DNA of 64,000 bases from Kudoa neothunni (lineage: Eukaryota > Animalia > Cnidaria). The position numbers and the translations under genes are program-made. The stretch spans positions 9,637,730 to 9,701,729 of the forward strand of contig OZ199839.1 in the NCBI GenBank assembly GCA_964304625.1, written 5' to 3'. Under the pieces are notes generated by a model. It ran no database searches and had not been told where the DNA came from. It was given only the letters and a program-made list of their open reading frames with translations. Every line of letters starts with the position of its first letter. Position 1 is the first letter of the stretch. Shown here one piece after another: positions 1 through 13,146 of this stretch.

Positions 1-197
1 GAGCAACAAAAAACGACTCCAACTAGAATCAGTGCAATGTGAAGAGAAAGCGCGCCAACTCATATCAAACATCAAAGTCAAAAACGTCAAATCATGATAA
101 ATAAAACAAATAATAGTTAGAATGCTATAGTTACTAATTTCTTTCAATTTTACTAATCAATTGTAACCTCCATTTCTCATTTCTGAGTCGTTGCGGA

Positions 198-1202
198 TTA
201 AGCCAAAGCGAGTTTTTTCTCCTCAAGCAATTCCTCGGCTGAAGCCATCATGGCGGCTTTGGTCTCTTCGGAGATAGCCAAATCTTTGACAATAGTGTAT
301 TTACCATCCTTGATAGTCACAGGGAAAGAGAAGAAAATTCCTGCGGGAATTCCATAAGCGCTACCATCGGAGTAGACTCCCATGGATACCCAGTCACCTT
401 CAGCAGTACCGTTGAACCAATCGTACATGTGATTGGCGGCAGCGTAGGCAGCAGAAAGCGCACTTGATCTCTTTCTGAGAGCAATCACAGCAGCGGCTCT
501 TTCTTTCACTTCTGGTACGTACACTTCTTTCAACCACTTGGAGTCGTTGATAGCTTCAAGGGCATTAACTTTTCCTTTACCTTCCAATTCGGCCATGGCA
601 AACGAAGCGTCAGGAACCATGGAAGATGAGTGGTTACCCCACACCAAAGCTCTAGTCACCTGTCTGGGGTTGATGTTCAATTTCTCGGCGATAAACGATT
701 TCGCCCTATTGTGGTCCAATCTGGTGAGACAGGAGAAGTTTTCTTTGGGGATTGTTTTGCTCATTTCAGCAAGTATAGCACAATTTGTATTGGCTGGGTT
801 GGCAATAACAACAACTTTGCAGTTCTTGTTGGCATGCATATCCAAGTACTCAGCCTGTTTTTGATAGATCTCACGGTTGGCTTGGAGAAGATCAGATCTT
901 TTCATACCTTCCTTGAGGTTCAATGCACCAGCAACAAGCACAGCGGCATCAATTCCTTCGAAAGCTTTCTCTTGATCCACAACAACATCTATCTGTCTCA
1001 GCAGAGGGAAAGCGCAATCCAACAGTTCCATTCTAACACCCTTGAGCACATCCTCACAAACTTTAAGATCGCACATGACCAAATGAACTGGCTGGTTGGG
1101 ACCGAAATAACATCCAGATCCAATCATAAAAACTAAACTGTAACCAATTTGGCCAGCAGCTCCGGTAAGAAGCACTTTCAATGTCTTTTTCTCTTCAACC
1201 AT
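198..1202 (-). CDS. Cytosolic malate dehydrogenase-family (MDH1-like) 2-hydroxyacid dehydrogenase, intronless; specificity Arg absent, possibly LDH-like
   Basis: 334-aa ORF with Rossmann motif TGAAGQIGYSL, MELLDCAFPLL, NPANTN, TRLDHNRA, WGNHSS and VSMGVYSDG..YGIP, all typical of cMDH. The substrate loop reads GALNLKEGMKR instead of GSMPRREGMER. Confidence 0.93.
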   Translation of the reverse strand: MVEEKKTLKVLLTGAAGQIGYSLVFMIGSGCYFGPNQPVHLVMCDLKVCEDVLKGVRMELLDCAFPLLRQIDVVVDQEKAFEGIDAAVLVAGALNLKEGMKRSDLLQANREIYQKQAEYLDMHANKNCKVVVIANPANTNCAILAEMSKTIPKENFSCLTRLDHNRAKSFIAEKLNINPRQVTRALVWGNHSSSMVPDASFAMAELEGKGKVNALEAINDSKWLKEVYVPEVKERAAAVIALRKRSSALSAAYAAANHMYDWFNGTAEGDWVSMGVYSDGSAYGIPAGIFFSFPVTIKDGKYTIVKDLAISEETKAAMMASAEELLEEKKLALA

Positions 1203-4200
1203 AACACCCGAATCAGCCAGTTAATTTACAGGACGTGTGAGGTTACCGAACAGACAACTCGGAATATCCCTTAACACTCAATATGAGTTGGATTACAGTT
1301 GGTTCAATTAAATCCGAGTTGTAATCCATAAGAAGTATTGTACACGAGTTTATTCACAAATAAACTCTATCCTATATTGATACATATCGTCTGATTGGAC
1401 TCCTGTAGACTCATTGATAACTGTTTTTGATAATGTTAGCAAAATATTTCCATTATGTTGTTTTCCACCCTAATTATCTGTTATCCAAATCAAACATCCT
1501 CTATTTTGATTTAATAATAGCACTATCTTATTGTTTATCGAAGATAACTGATTTTATTAAGCAGATGAGATTTTAATGCTAATTCATTCTAGAATATTCT
1601 GGTTTGACTTAATTTTAGCAAGTATCAACTGTACGCCCCCTTTGAATCAAGATTTAAAAATCTTTGAGTAATAGATTTCGCTAATATTTCAAATTATAAA
1701 TATTCATTCCTTTATCTGTCCCAGTGTTATCCTATCCCTTGTGGAATACATAAAAAGAGGGTGTTAAAATAGTTCTCACGATACAGCTTAATCCTTGTTA
1801 TACTCCTTCTCGCAAAACACGCTAGGGTTGTTTACATGAAAGCGGATCATTCGTTATCCTTCCGTTGTTTCTTTTTATTTATTTGTTTTATACAACTACG
1901 GTGGGTAACTAATAATACACAATCTCATTAATATGGTGTATCCTAGTTTATGTTAAGTGATACGTTTATAACATGGTAATGTTTATAAGAGGCTAATTGT
2001 CGTTAAAATCTTCTTGAATTAAACTAGGAAATTACCATTTCATTGTGCCACGTGATTACCCAAATAGATTTTATTTTTCCGATTAAGTCACGTATATTTG
2101 ATTTTTATTTATTTACAAATGTGAAACAATTAAATTCGTACGACTTGGTTTTTGAATAAATGTTAAAAATAACGGATAATTAATCCAGTCTACATCTGGA
2201 AACGTAATAATAATCATTAATAAACAGTTTATAATATACGGATGCGTCAAAGTTTACTCAAATGGTAGATTATATAAAATTTTGACACATTTCGTGAACG
2301 AATTCATGAGAACTCTGGATAAGATAATAATTTATCACTTGATCAATGCTTATGTCTGGATGGTTTGATGAAGTAAAAAAATTTAAGTTAATTTCAGTGG
2401 ATAAAATAATTAAACTAAAAAATTAGTTATAAAAATAAGCAATGACTCAAATAATATCTAGGGTGATTTAGGGATACTAAACATTAGTGGGATATGGAGA
2501 GATTATGTTTTATATTTATATTATGCCCACATTATACCAATACAGATAGAAGGAGTTCTTCACACAAGTTGTAACATTTTTGAATGTTTCTCATAAGATT
2601 TTATATTTAATTAAATCAAGTTCATCTAATTTTATTGAAAATATGAATAATTCTAATCCCCAAATAAGTCATTTTGTGGGTAGGAATTTGTTTTATGTTA
2701 ACTTAAATCAAACGGGAAAAATTAAAAAATGCTATTAAGATATAACTAGGTATTTATTAAGCGAACAAAATTTTGAGCTTATGATTAATGTCCAATATAA
2801 AAATCAGTCCTAATATAAGATATTGGCATTCACCCATGTTCATCAGAATGATTTAAGAATTTTTCGATGACAAGAGAATGCCTTTGGACATATCTAGCAA
2901 ATATAATATATTCAATGTATATTAAAATGGAATAAATTAGATTTCTATAGATTGTTAATTTCCAGTTATTAAATAATGTAATACATGCAAAATATAAAAT
3001 ATTTAGATACGAATTATAAGAAATTTAGTTAAATGAGGCGCTAGAAAATAAATAAGAAAAAAATTATTGTTATCATTACCCAAAAATGAACATTTTCTAA
3101 ATATTATCTTAATGTAAATGACAACATTTTTTTTAAATAAAAATTTAACAACCATTCTATTACCCATTCTGAATGTTAACGAAAATACAAAGACAAAATA
3201 ATGCATCATTAAGTGAATTACGTATTATCGATTACATACTGTATACTCTTTTTAGCATTCAATTAATAATGCTGGATATATTATTTCTAAATCAGGTAAC
3301 AACTTTAATACGTTATACATAGATAAAATTGATAGCTTTGATGTGTTTTTAAATTTCCAATTTATATAATATTTTATTAATTATGAAAAATATATGAATA
3401 TGTTATATTCACTATAAATAATGCGTTATTTTATATCAACTTAACTTTTTTAAATTTAAAAATATTTACAATAGGTATTATTAATGAAAAGTGTGTAACG
3501 GAACAATTTATTTGTTTATTTATTCACATATATCCATCTATATTAGCTAAGACATTAATTATATTATCGATAAAAAGTATATCCCAACGTAGAAATAATT
3601 TGGTTGAAATAACACCTCGTTATAGTTAACATATCGTATTCCAATAAACATTTATTAAAATATTTATTTTCTAATTATTAAGCTCATAATAAAAAATTAT
3701 ATAAAGTTTAGAGTTTCCCAATAATTAATATAGTATTTTATAAACTTTTATATTGGATATAACATTGGAAAAATTAAATAATTGTTTGCAATGATTTGTG
3801 TTAAATTTTTTATTTTAATTAGTCAATTATACGCTTTCATATTTTTAGTTTATTAACTGAAAATTATACTATTTCAAGAGTAATAAATTAGTTTTTATTT
3901 CAACGTTAGTATAATGAAAGCTTTTGCATTTATTATATATTTTTGTCTTAATACATTTTACTATTATAATAATAAAAAATATAATATTCATAAGATAATA
4001 ATTTTAATAAATTGGATTATTTTCCATTAATACATTTAATTGTTTTTTTCTATTAAACTCAGAATCTTTTCAAAGAAAATTATGAAACTATGAATTTTGC
4101 AATTCTCTATATCACTTTAAATCTAATAAATTATCAGAAAGTATTATATTGTATGTATTTATCTTATATAAATGAATTTCTATTGCTAACTTGCATATAA

Positions 4201-4955
4201 GACCAAATTATTAGGAAATTCACTCTTAATCAATAATAATACCAACAAAAATATATATCGCGAAAATATATATTACCAAATAAACAACATTAAAAAGTCA
4301 TTATAATTTCATTAAATTAATTTATTTAACCAAAATTTTTATAGAAATAAACTAACTATAAGATGTGCGCACGCGTGCCACTAACAACGTTAAAACGTGT
4401 TTCAATTCTTTATTTTCATAGCTAAACTACATGTGTCTAAAGAAAAACGCCATTATAACCGCATAAAAATATACCATAAAGTCGCCATTTCCGATATATT
4501 CCAGTGATTCTGGCAACTTCGGATAATTAAAATCATTTATAAAATAACGAATTTGTTTGAATCTTGATATAAATGATTATCTCATTTTGTTCTTTAGATA
4601 GAACTATATCAATGAAAAATCTAAAATTAACAAGATATGTATTTTTCATCAAATATTATTATTATTAATGGACCTTAATTACATAATCGTTTTTATTAAT
4701 ATTTTTTAATACACCTAATTTTAATTAAGAAATAATTTTCGAATGATGGCCGTGAGCCCTTTTTTATATTTATTTTTATTGGCGCATGCCACATGGCATG
4801 TCGACTTTGTTGTATTTTTTGGGAAACGCAACCGTGAAAAATTTAAATAATACTAGAATTTTTGCTAAATATCCCCAAATTTATGAATCTCACATTCCAG
4901 AGGAATTTGTTGTAGTTTGATGAGATTCAGTTAGGTAATTCATTAGATTCGATAG

Positions 4956-6387
4956 ATAGAAAAGGTGTACTGTGGTTATTTCCGGACTTTCCTGGTTGGG
5001 CGATCACAGACACCGAGTGATGAAAAAGAGCTAGTTTTGGGTTGCGGAAACAATCTCTACAATCAATTGGGTCTAATCCAGGATGAGTGTGGAGGTGTTA
5101 CCCAAATTTCATCATGGAAACAATTGAGTTTGCCTCCTATCAAGATCAAGATAAGCCAAATTTCAAAGCCTTACAAGTGGAGTATCGCAGGAGGATTGTA
5201 TCACACTTTCGCCTATATTAAAGGTTCTAGAGAGGGTGAGTTATTTTGTTTTTATTTCACATTATTTTACTCTATATTGCCGAATAACACAATTTATTGT
5301 AGCTTTCGTTTGTGGGAACAATAACTATGGTCAATGTGGGTTTCTGAGCAACGTTAAATATATACCCAACTGGAGACTCATTACCTTACCAGATGAGGAA
5401 ATTATTAAAAAGGTATAATATTTTTCTTAGCTGTATATTGAAAAAAATTCACAGATTGTGTGTGGACATGACCATTCGTTCATCTTAACCGAATCAAATA
5501 ATCTATACGCTTGTGGGCTGAATACGGATGCTCAATCTTCGAGAGATGGCCGGCAAACCGACAATGTTAATTGGGGTTGGAGTAAAGTTTCTGTAGATGG
5601 TAGATTATCTCATATCAAAGAAATTGTCGTTGGCGATGACTTTAATTTTTGCAAATCTCGTATTTTCACTTAAATAATAATTTGTAATGTTTAATTAGTT
5701 GATGATAAATGGTACAGTTGGGGTAACAATGAGTTATCGCAACTGGCTTTGAATGGCGCTAAATCCCAGTCGGAAAAATCTCTTTCCGATAAAGTAAATA
5801 ATTATTAACAAATTTAACTTGGACTAAGCTTATTTAGATATATGGTCCAACGTTGTCAAAATTACCCCACTTCAAAAATATTGCTCTTGGAAACAGTTAT
5901 GGCATTGGTTTGGATGGTAATCGCCTTTTAAGTGAATTTATGTTGTTTAAGTAAAATTAGATGATAATAATTTGTGGGGATGGGGTGGCGGATTACCATT
6001 TCAATCGATGAAATATTCCTCTAATTATTCTCCTGTTCAGCTGTCAGGTTCGCTGTTAAAAATTGACGGAAAAATTATTGATTTGAAGGCTTCGACTGGC
6101 GTGTTTGGAATATTTACTGGTAATAATTCTTAGTTACACATATCATTTGAATATTTTTTTAATAGATTTGAATGAATTGACAATGGTTGGAAGAGTTTAT
6201 AATAACATGTATGCTAATAGTTTAAACAACTCAACATATTCACCATACCAAGTTAAGCATGTAAATCAATTATTTTCTTATTCATTTAAATTATTAGCAT
6301 TTTTAGTACACGTTCGAAGGAAGAATAAACAGTTGGAGTTTAAATCGAGACCACGCAGCATTTTTAGTCCAAACAAATATTAATTAA
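4956..6387 (+). CDS. RCC1/BLIP-II repeat beta-propeller protein, multi-exon; 5' end not resolved
   Basis: Successive exons give LGCGNNLYNQLG, IAGGLYHT, VCGNNNYGQCG, CGHDHSFILTESNNLYACGLN, VVGDDFNFC, WYSWGNNELSQLA, IALGNSYG and LWGWGG, separated by short GT-AG introns. The last exon ends ...HAAFLVQTNIN* (TAA 6385-6387). Confidence 0.82.
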
Positions 6388-6663
6388 TGCTGATATAATT
6401 TTGAGTTAATTTCTTTATCATGAATATTTTGAAAAATATTGCCATTATTATTTTATTTGATATAATTAGTTTTGTTGATATTGAGACCACAATTTAAATT
6501 ATATGCAACCGATAATTGATATTTTTGGAGTTTTATGTTATATGGAATACACCTAATAATATATACGTGTATATGTAATTATATAATTATGTAAAATACG
6601 AATTTTAAAATAATTTCAGTTTGAATTGGAATATATTTTAAAATATTTTACTATCTATATTAA

Positions 6664-9610
6664 CCCTCTAACACGTCGCTTACCGATTCATTTTAGTTTC
6701 CGGATCCCCTACCTCTTACGAGGACAACTCCGCCCCCGTTATCGAAAAAGAGATTTAAAATGGATTTATTTTTAGGTGGGGAAAATATATAATTATTAAA
6801 ATAACATTAAAAAGAGCAGAACAGTCTATTTTGACAGGAAAACAAATGTGAATAAAATAAATAAAACTGATAATTAATTTAATATTTGAACTTTTTATGC
6901 AAAATAGCAGATGTGAATGGTTGAGCTTACACGATATTTTGTAGTTTTGTTGTTTAGTTTATTGAATTTTTTAGTGCAAATTGACTTTAATTTAAAGTTA
7001 AAATTGTAGAACAAGGACAGAATTTACCAATTAAATATTATAGTTATACCAATAATTAATCCTACAATTATAAATTAGAATGTTGATATTTATTAAACGA
7101 TTTAAGGTAGGAATGTCTGAATTTCATCCAATAATTTATTTTTGGTAGTAAAGTTAAACATTCTCTACAAGTGAACATCGAAGGGTTGTATAAAATACGA
7201 AATTCTTATTCTTAAAAATTCCTGCATTTAATAATAAATAATCGACAAGGAAAAATTATGACATAACAGAGAAATCAGTTTCCGCAGCTTAACCCAAAAT
7301 TTGTACACTGATAGAATATTATAATAAAATAAGTAATTATAAGAATAACTTTGGAATAATAATTATTTACAGTGAAAACTTAATTTTACTGAAATACCGA
7401 AAAGGGAACAGTATCCCCTCCGTGTGCATAATCTTAATAAAGTAGGTCACATGTTCTTTGAGAAAAAAATGTGAATTTTCATTGAAAGCAAAAGTGAATT
7501 TATTAATTTTGAAAAGAAATAAATAAAACAGGCAGAAAGCTTTACGTGTATGTATGTAAGAAAATTATTGCAATAACGGATGTTTTTCTTGCGTATGGCG
7601 CATATTCTCCGTAGTATGCTCGAAGAGGGTGTTATATTTGGTTTATGACAAATGGAAGCCTTCTGAAAATTGCTCAATACAGTTTTACGACCTACTAGGG
7701 CACTTTTCGTTTTAACTGATATTAGGTTTTTTACAATTAATTGCGTATGTGTAAGCAGGTCAATTTACGAGGAGTTCCCTACATTTATTAGTCTCCAGGA
7801 ATTCATCGGGACAGAGACGGTATGTTGGTAAATCGTAACCGACAATATTTTTTGATCTTGTCATTATTCTATAGCAAACTATTGAATTATCAACAAGATC
7901 AACACTTCCCATATGCTTATTAGACATATACATGTTGTGTGGCTGGTTAATCTGTAACAAATATATTTTAATTTTACAGTATCTATTAACTTTCGGAGTT
8001 GGACGTTGTCCAAAAAATTTAATTATCAATAAAATTGATTTAGTCTCATTCCAATGTGAGAAAAGAATTTGTATGGAATTATCACTGAAATTTTCATTCG
8101 TACCTCAAATCGTTTTCTCCATCAGGCGCTTCGGTGTTATGGTTAATATAGAAAATAAATCATCAAAAAACAATCCAAGTTTCGGTACATCCCTCAAGTC
8201 TTTTACGAACTTTTGACGACATTCATTCTGAGTCTCAGCTGTTGACTTTCCACGGTAAATAGAAAAGCTATATGCGTAATCATTTGAAGATCTTATTATC
8301 CAATTTTTAAACCTAAAGCGTAAAGGTTTGTCTCCATAAACATCATAGAGGAATGATATCCTTAATATCATATTATTTGTACATTTTTGGAGATATTCTT
8401 GTTAAAAATTCCACACTTTTTGAAGTTTACATTCAGTTTTTCAATTAATGTTCTTAATTTAAACAATTTAACACCCTTGTCGATTTTTGCGTTATCATTA
8501 AAATTGAGGTATCCTTTAATGAATTTGTATTGTTTATAGGTCATCGCTATTTTCACTAACATTACTCCGAATCCACATCGCCTTCCAAATACATATATTA
8601 CCAGGAAACGTGCGATAGCAAATAAATAGCAATATACCAATAAATGTATTGAGTTGTTCGGCTGTCAGGTTAAGGATGTGGACATTTTTCTGCTGAATGT
8701 ATAAGTTAGATTGCTTTACAATCATCATTACCTTTTTGTCTAAAAGTTATTGAAAAACATCGTAGGACTCGACTTTTTCTTAAAATTTACTGATTATAAT
8801 CATATTACCCCTCAATCTCTCTGCATATTTCAAGTAAAATTCTTATACCAGTATCCACTGTTAAATTTGACATGAAATTACCCTCTTCATCCAATTAAAG
8901 TCTTAACATTGATTGGGGGAGGAATGATAATATCTTCGAATCATGTCATCTTTATCACAGAATTCCTTAAAAGCGCCTAATAAATTGTTAGAACGAATTA
9001 TTCCAATCAAGAATTTCAACAAACTGTGTAAAGGATTACTTGAAAATTTCAAAGTGGCTGAGTTGCTGTTTCTCTTTCTACGTATGACTATTTTGGTAAT
9101 ATTTTTCTTAATTCCAACTGTATGTCATAGGAAATCATGATATTGAGCTGCACACATATATAATTTCAAATCACAAATTTATGGACGGAAATAAATTAAT
9201 CCCAACTTAATATTTCACTATTCGCACTAAATGAGTGTTTGAGCATGAACAGCACGATATTTTTTTAACCATATAATAGGATTTCTTATTACAATTACTG
9301 TAGGTAATCGATTTTCCACATTTTTTTGCGTGTAAATAATAATTATATATCCTTTTTTTGGAATTGAGAAGAAAAATTGATGTTTTTTTATTGAAATAGT
9401 ATAAACGAGTATAAATTATACAATGAACAAAAAAATCTAGCGATATTTCGTTCAATACTTGGAAAAATCAATGATTTTAGTTTGTGTCATATTTTGAGCC
9501 GCTATGACTAGGCTTCAAAAAATCGAGGAGTTTCGACTCGACCCTCGAAAATTCTCCAAACCAACGAAATTTCGAGTGTATAGGGATTACCCTCTAGTCC
9601 GAAGAGATTA
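6664..9610 (-). mobile_element. Degenerate piggyBac element (transposase pseudogene at about 7760-8730)
   Basis: TTAA-CCCTCT end at 6660-6669. Frameshifted minus-strand fragments resemble piggyBac DDE_Tnp_1_7: LNFNDN..KLFKLRTLIEKLN, DKPLRFRFKNW, LFFDDLFS, NKHMGSVDLVDN. The right boundary (about 9585-9611) is approximate. Confidence 0.75.
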
Positions 9611-10629
9611 AGTCAATGTATTAACAAGATTGTGTGATTCGTTCACAGTGGATTTTTGTAATGAATGTTAAAGAAAATTTTCTTATCAAAATTTAGCAAT
9701 GCATTATTTTTCGGAATAAATTAATTTATTACTCTTAAAATATCAGCTAAACCATAGTATTACAATATCTGTGTAAGAACTTTGAATGGTGTCGCATACA
9801 AAATCGGAAATAAAGTCGTTTCCTACAATTCATACTGTTCATTCATTTCTTTTTCAAAAGTTATTTCATTTTTGTTCGTATCACAAAAAATTACATTATG
9901 TAATTAAATTAAGCTCAAAAAGAATTAACCTATAAACTAGAAATAAATATTAAGTCAAGCAGATTCGGATTTACGTGGAATCTCTATGTTGTTGATAAAT
10001 GCATCGGAAAAATTATTATTTATCTATAATTTTTACAAATTAGAAGTCGTTAATTGTTCACCGATTTTTTTTATTGTATCTGTTAGTAATAAGTTTGTAA
10101 ATGTTCAATTTTGTAACTTCGTATTTTAAAAACAGAACTTTCTGATTTATTCTATTCATAATTAGAATGAAGATATTTCAATTTAACTATGGCGTAACTT
10201 TATGTGATTTTTAGTTTATAAATTTTTTCGGGTAATTTATTCATGATTACAAAAATTTTATAACAATATTTGTTCTACCATTCAAACATGAAAATTTTTA
10301 ATTTATTTTATTAAGTTTTCTTTTAATTAATGTTAACTTTAAAGTAGAGCAATCGTCACAAATCGAAATATACGACTTTTAAGCATTTATAATAAATCAA
10401 CAATGGTATTTACAAGTCTAAAGCATTTATTTATTATTTATCTCAACAAAATAAAAATGATGTAAAAGCTAAAAAAACGGTTTTTACTTATTTTTTGAAG
10501 ATAAAATGAAATATTAGATCATATTCTATAATTTACTTCAATATTTTTGTGTGGTTGAATGTTTCAAGCGTTTAAATATAATATAATTAGTTTACTGAGA
10601 TGTATTGTCCATCAAAATGTTTGTAAAAA

Positions 10630-10993
10630 CTAGAAACAACCACAAAAAGTTGGAATCATGAATTCCCTATCATAATCCTTAATAATCTTCTCTTCAATAC
10701 ATAATCACCTTCGATTTTTTTAGGGCCTAACCACAATTAAACAGCTACGTAAGATACATTATTTAATTTGTTCGCAGTGCCATCTTCTGGATCCCTTATG
10801 GAGCAGCTTCCTGATTCACCTTAATTATAATAAATACTGTTACCACTTTGATTATTTACAGAATCATCGTCAGTAATTCTCTCAATATCGTGGGAAATGA
10901 AATTTTTAGCAAAAACTAATCTTGTAAAATAATTTCAAATAGTATCTTACATTTAAATATGACAGAATTTCTGGATCGTAAATGTGACATCAT
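10630..10993 (-). CDS. Small ~80-aa five-exon protein ending FCGCF (missed by the ORF track)
   Basis: Four canonical 24-35 nt GT-AG introns join one frame: MMSHLRSRNSVIFK|FFAKNFISHDIERITDDDSVNNQS|GESGSCSIRDPEDGTANKLNN|ALKKSK|DYDREFMIPTFCGCF*. Further upstream exons are possible. Confidence 0.55.
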
Positions 10994-11879
10994 GTAAATC
11001 AGGTTGTTCAATCACGCAATTTTCGGCGTTGCTTGAATTTTCTTCCAATTGTGCAAAAAATAACATTGAGATGATTATTTACGTTTTTAATGCTACAAAA
11101 TATTTTCAGGCTTAGTGGTTGAAACATGCTGACCTTATTAACATAGAAAAACAGAGTTAAATGTTAGAAAATGTGAGTGATGTATGTACTACACAGTTGT
11201 CAACAAATAATAAGATCTTTCTGTTAGTACTAAAAAGCATTCAATTTTATTATTTAAGTAAATGGAAAAGGTCGGACTTGTCATACATGCATTTTTATTG
11301 GGTTGATGTTGAAGAGGAAGTTCTATAATTTTTCTGACGCGTCGTGGTTTTTAAAAATTCCCTAGTATCGAGGGAGATCTTATCGCCAATCATTGAGAAA
11401 ATAAGCATTAATACGGTAGTGTATGGGTCGTAGGCAATATGGCTCCAACGCAATCTTTAAAAATTTACTTGTTTACCACTTATTTTGCTTTAATACAAAT
11501 TTAAATTGATAGTTCAATAAAATATAGATAATTTGTAAATAAATAATTGGTTTCCAATGAAATTTTAGGGTTGAAAATTTCCTTTACGGATCTAACACAA
11601 AAATGACCCGAGCGCAGCACATAATCTGAACTATGCAATAAATAATGGATGGAGAGTCAATTTTACGAAACAATTCACTGTAAATTACCAAAAAAACTCG
11701 AAATCATAAAGTTTTACGAGTTCATATCATATAATAAATATGTTAAGTTCCGAGTGATGGAAAAAGTTTCCAATAAAATACCACGATAATAAAAAGGTCT
11801 AAATGACCGATTCTATTTTGGTCTTTTTTTGAAAAATAAAATAGACAACTCATTATTTTTAATAGAAAATTTTTTGATT

Positions 11880-12420
11880 ATTCCTCGACTATTTCATAGC
11901 TCTCACAAACAATATTTGTCTATCGTAACACTGCTACTTTTTTCCGAACACAACCAATGTGCTTCAGTCATTGGATCATGGAATTGTTAGTTTAAAAATG
12001 ATACACAAAAGAAATTTAATGACGTTATTCGTACATCCAGATCGAATTTCAAGATAATGGCCACATTGTAACTAATGTCTTATATGTTATTCATTTGGCA
12101 ACCAAATTATGAGAATATATTAAGACGGAAACCATAGTTAACTGCTTTAAGAAATCATTTTTCCTCCATGAAAATCCATTAAATGATGATTACGATGATG
12201 ATCAATTTAAACATGAAATAATTGAACTGATTGAAGAGGAGTAACCACTAGAACTAACAAATCCTATTGAAGAAATTCTAGAAAGTGACACAGACGACAT
12301 TGCTTATATTGATAAAGTTATTATATTAAACCAAAAGGAATTATAATGATTATCATAAGTTATAAAACTCTTTCTAAATAAAATTTTGTCAATATTTGAA
12401 CAATTTTTTCAGGACAAAAA
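11880..12420 (+). mobile_element. pogo/Tigger-type (DDE_1, CENP-B-like) transposase remnant
   Basis: FPNTTNVLQSLDHGIVSLK at about 11941-12000 matches the LPPNTTxxLQPLDQG motif, and EYIKTETIVNCFKKS follows. Stops and frameshifts present; boundaries approximate. Confidence 0.7.
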
Positions 12421-12960
12421 ATATACAGCGATATTTTAATATGAAAAAGTATACAAGTTAATGTTTGTTTCAAATTAATTTATTATTGACTATATTATCG
12501 ATGAAAACTGTTATTTTTTGCTTAACGCAATCGTTATTCAAATGTGTCCAGCGCAAAAATGGATACAACGCAGTAGTTTTCATCTTCCCAATTTCTGGGT
12601 TAGATCCACACACTATTATATAACTCTCTTTTTTTATTTCTTTATTCCATATTTATTTTCATTTTGAATACATTAAATTAAATCATTAGATTAATTCAAA
12701 TAATGATTTATTCCTTATTTGTTAGGTAGGTAGGATAACCCATTTTCACCATGATTTAATACGCTCTCCGAATTATAAATTTTCAAGGGATAATCAAATG
12801 ATCCATCCACGGAGGAAATTATTGAATTTTCCACACATATATTTTCCGTTTAATTTATTATTTTGGGATTAACTCACAAAACAAACCAACGGAATCATCG
12901 TCAACCAATGATCATAGGAGTGTTATCTTTTGAGTCGTCTTTTATGCCAGAGGCCATTTA

Positions 12961-13146
12961 TTAGCCTATTTTTTTGCCCTCACTCGAGAAAAAAATATTT
13001 CTTTTTCTCAAAAGTTCGATCAATTCTTTTACTGTTGTATCAAGTAGTTTGAATTTCTCCCTTTTAATAATTTTGAGATTTTCACTCAAATCGTTAGAAT
13101 TGAAGTCAATCGATATGCTTTTCTTCAATGATAGATCGGTGTCCAA
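12961..13146 (-). pseudogene. Truncated SAP-motif-like fragment, probably transposon-derived
   Basis: TVKELIELLRKRNIFFSSEGKK resembles the SAP consensus (TVxELKxxLxxRGLxxSGxK) and is followed immediately by stop codons. Confidence 0.4.

Noticed and set aside
538-1136. Plus-strand ORFs (108 and 168 aa) overlapping the dehydrogenase
   Set aside because: Antisense shadows of a GC-richer coding sequence, with no motifs.
2230-3300. Short exon-like stretches and the 68-aa ORF 3003-3209
   Set aside because: Low-complexity AT-rich translations with frequent stops and no supportable model.
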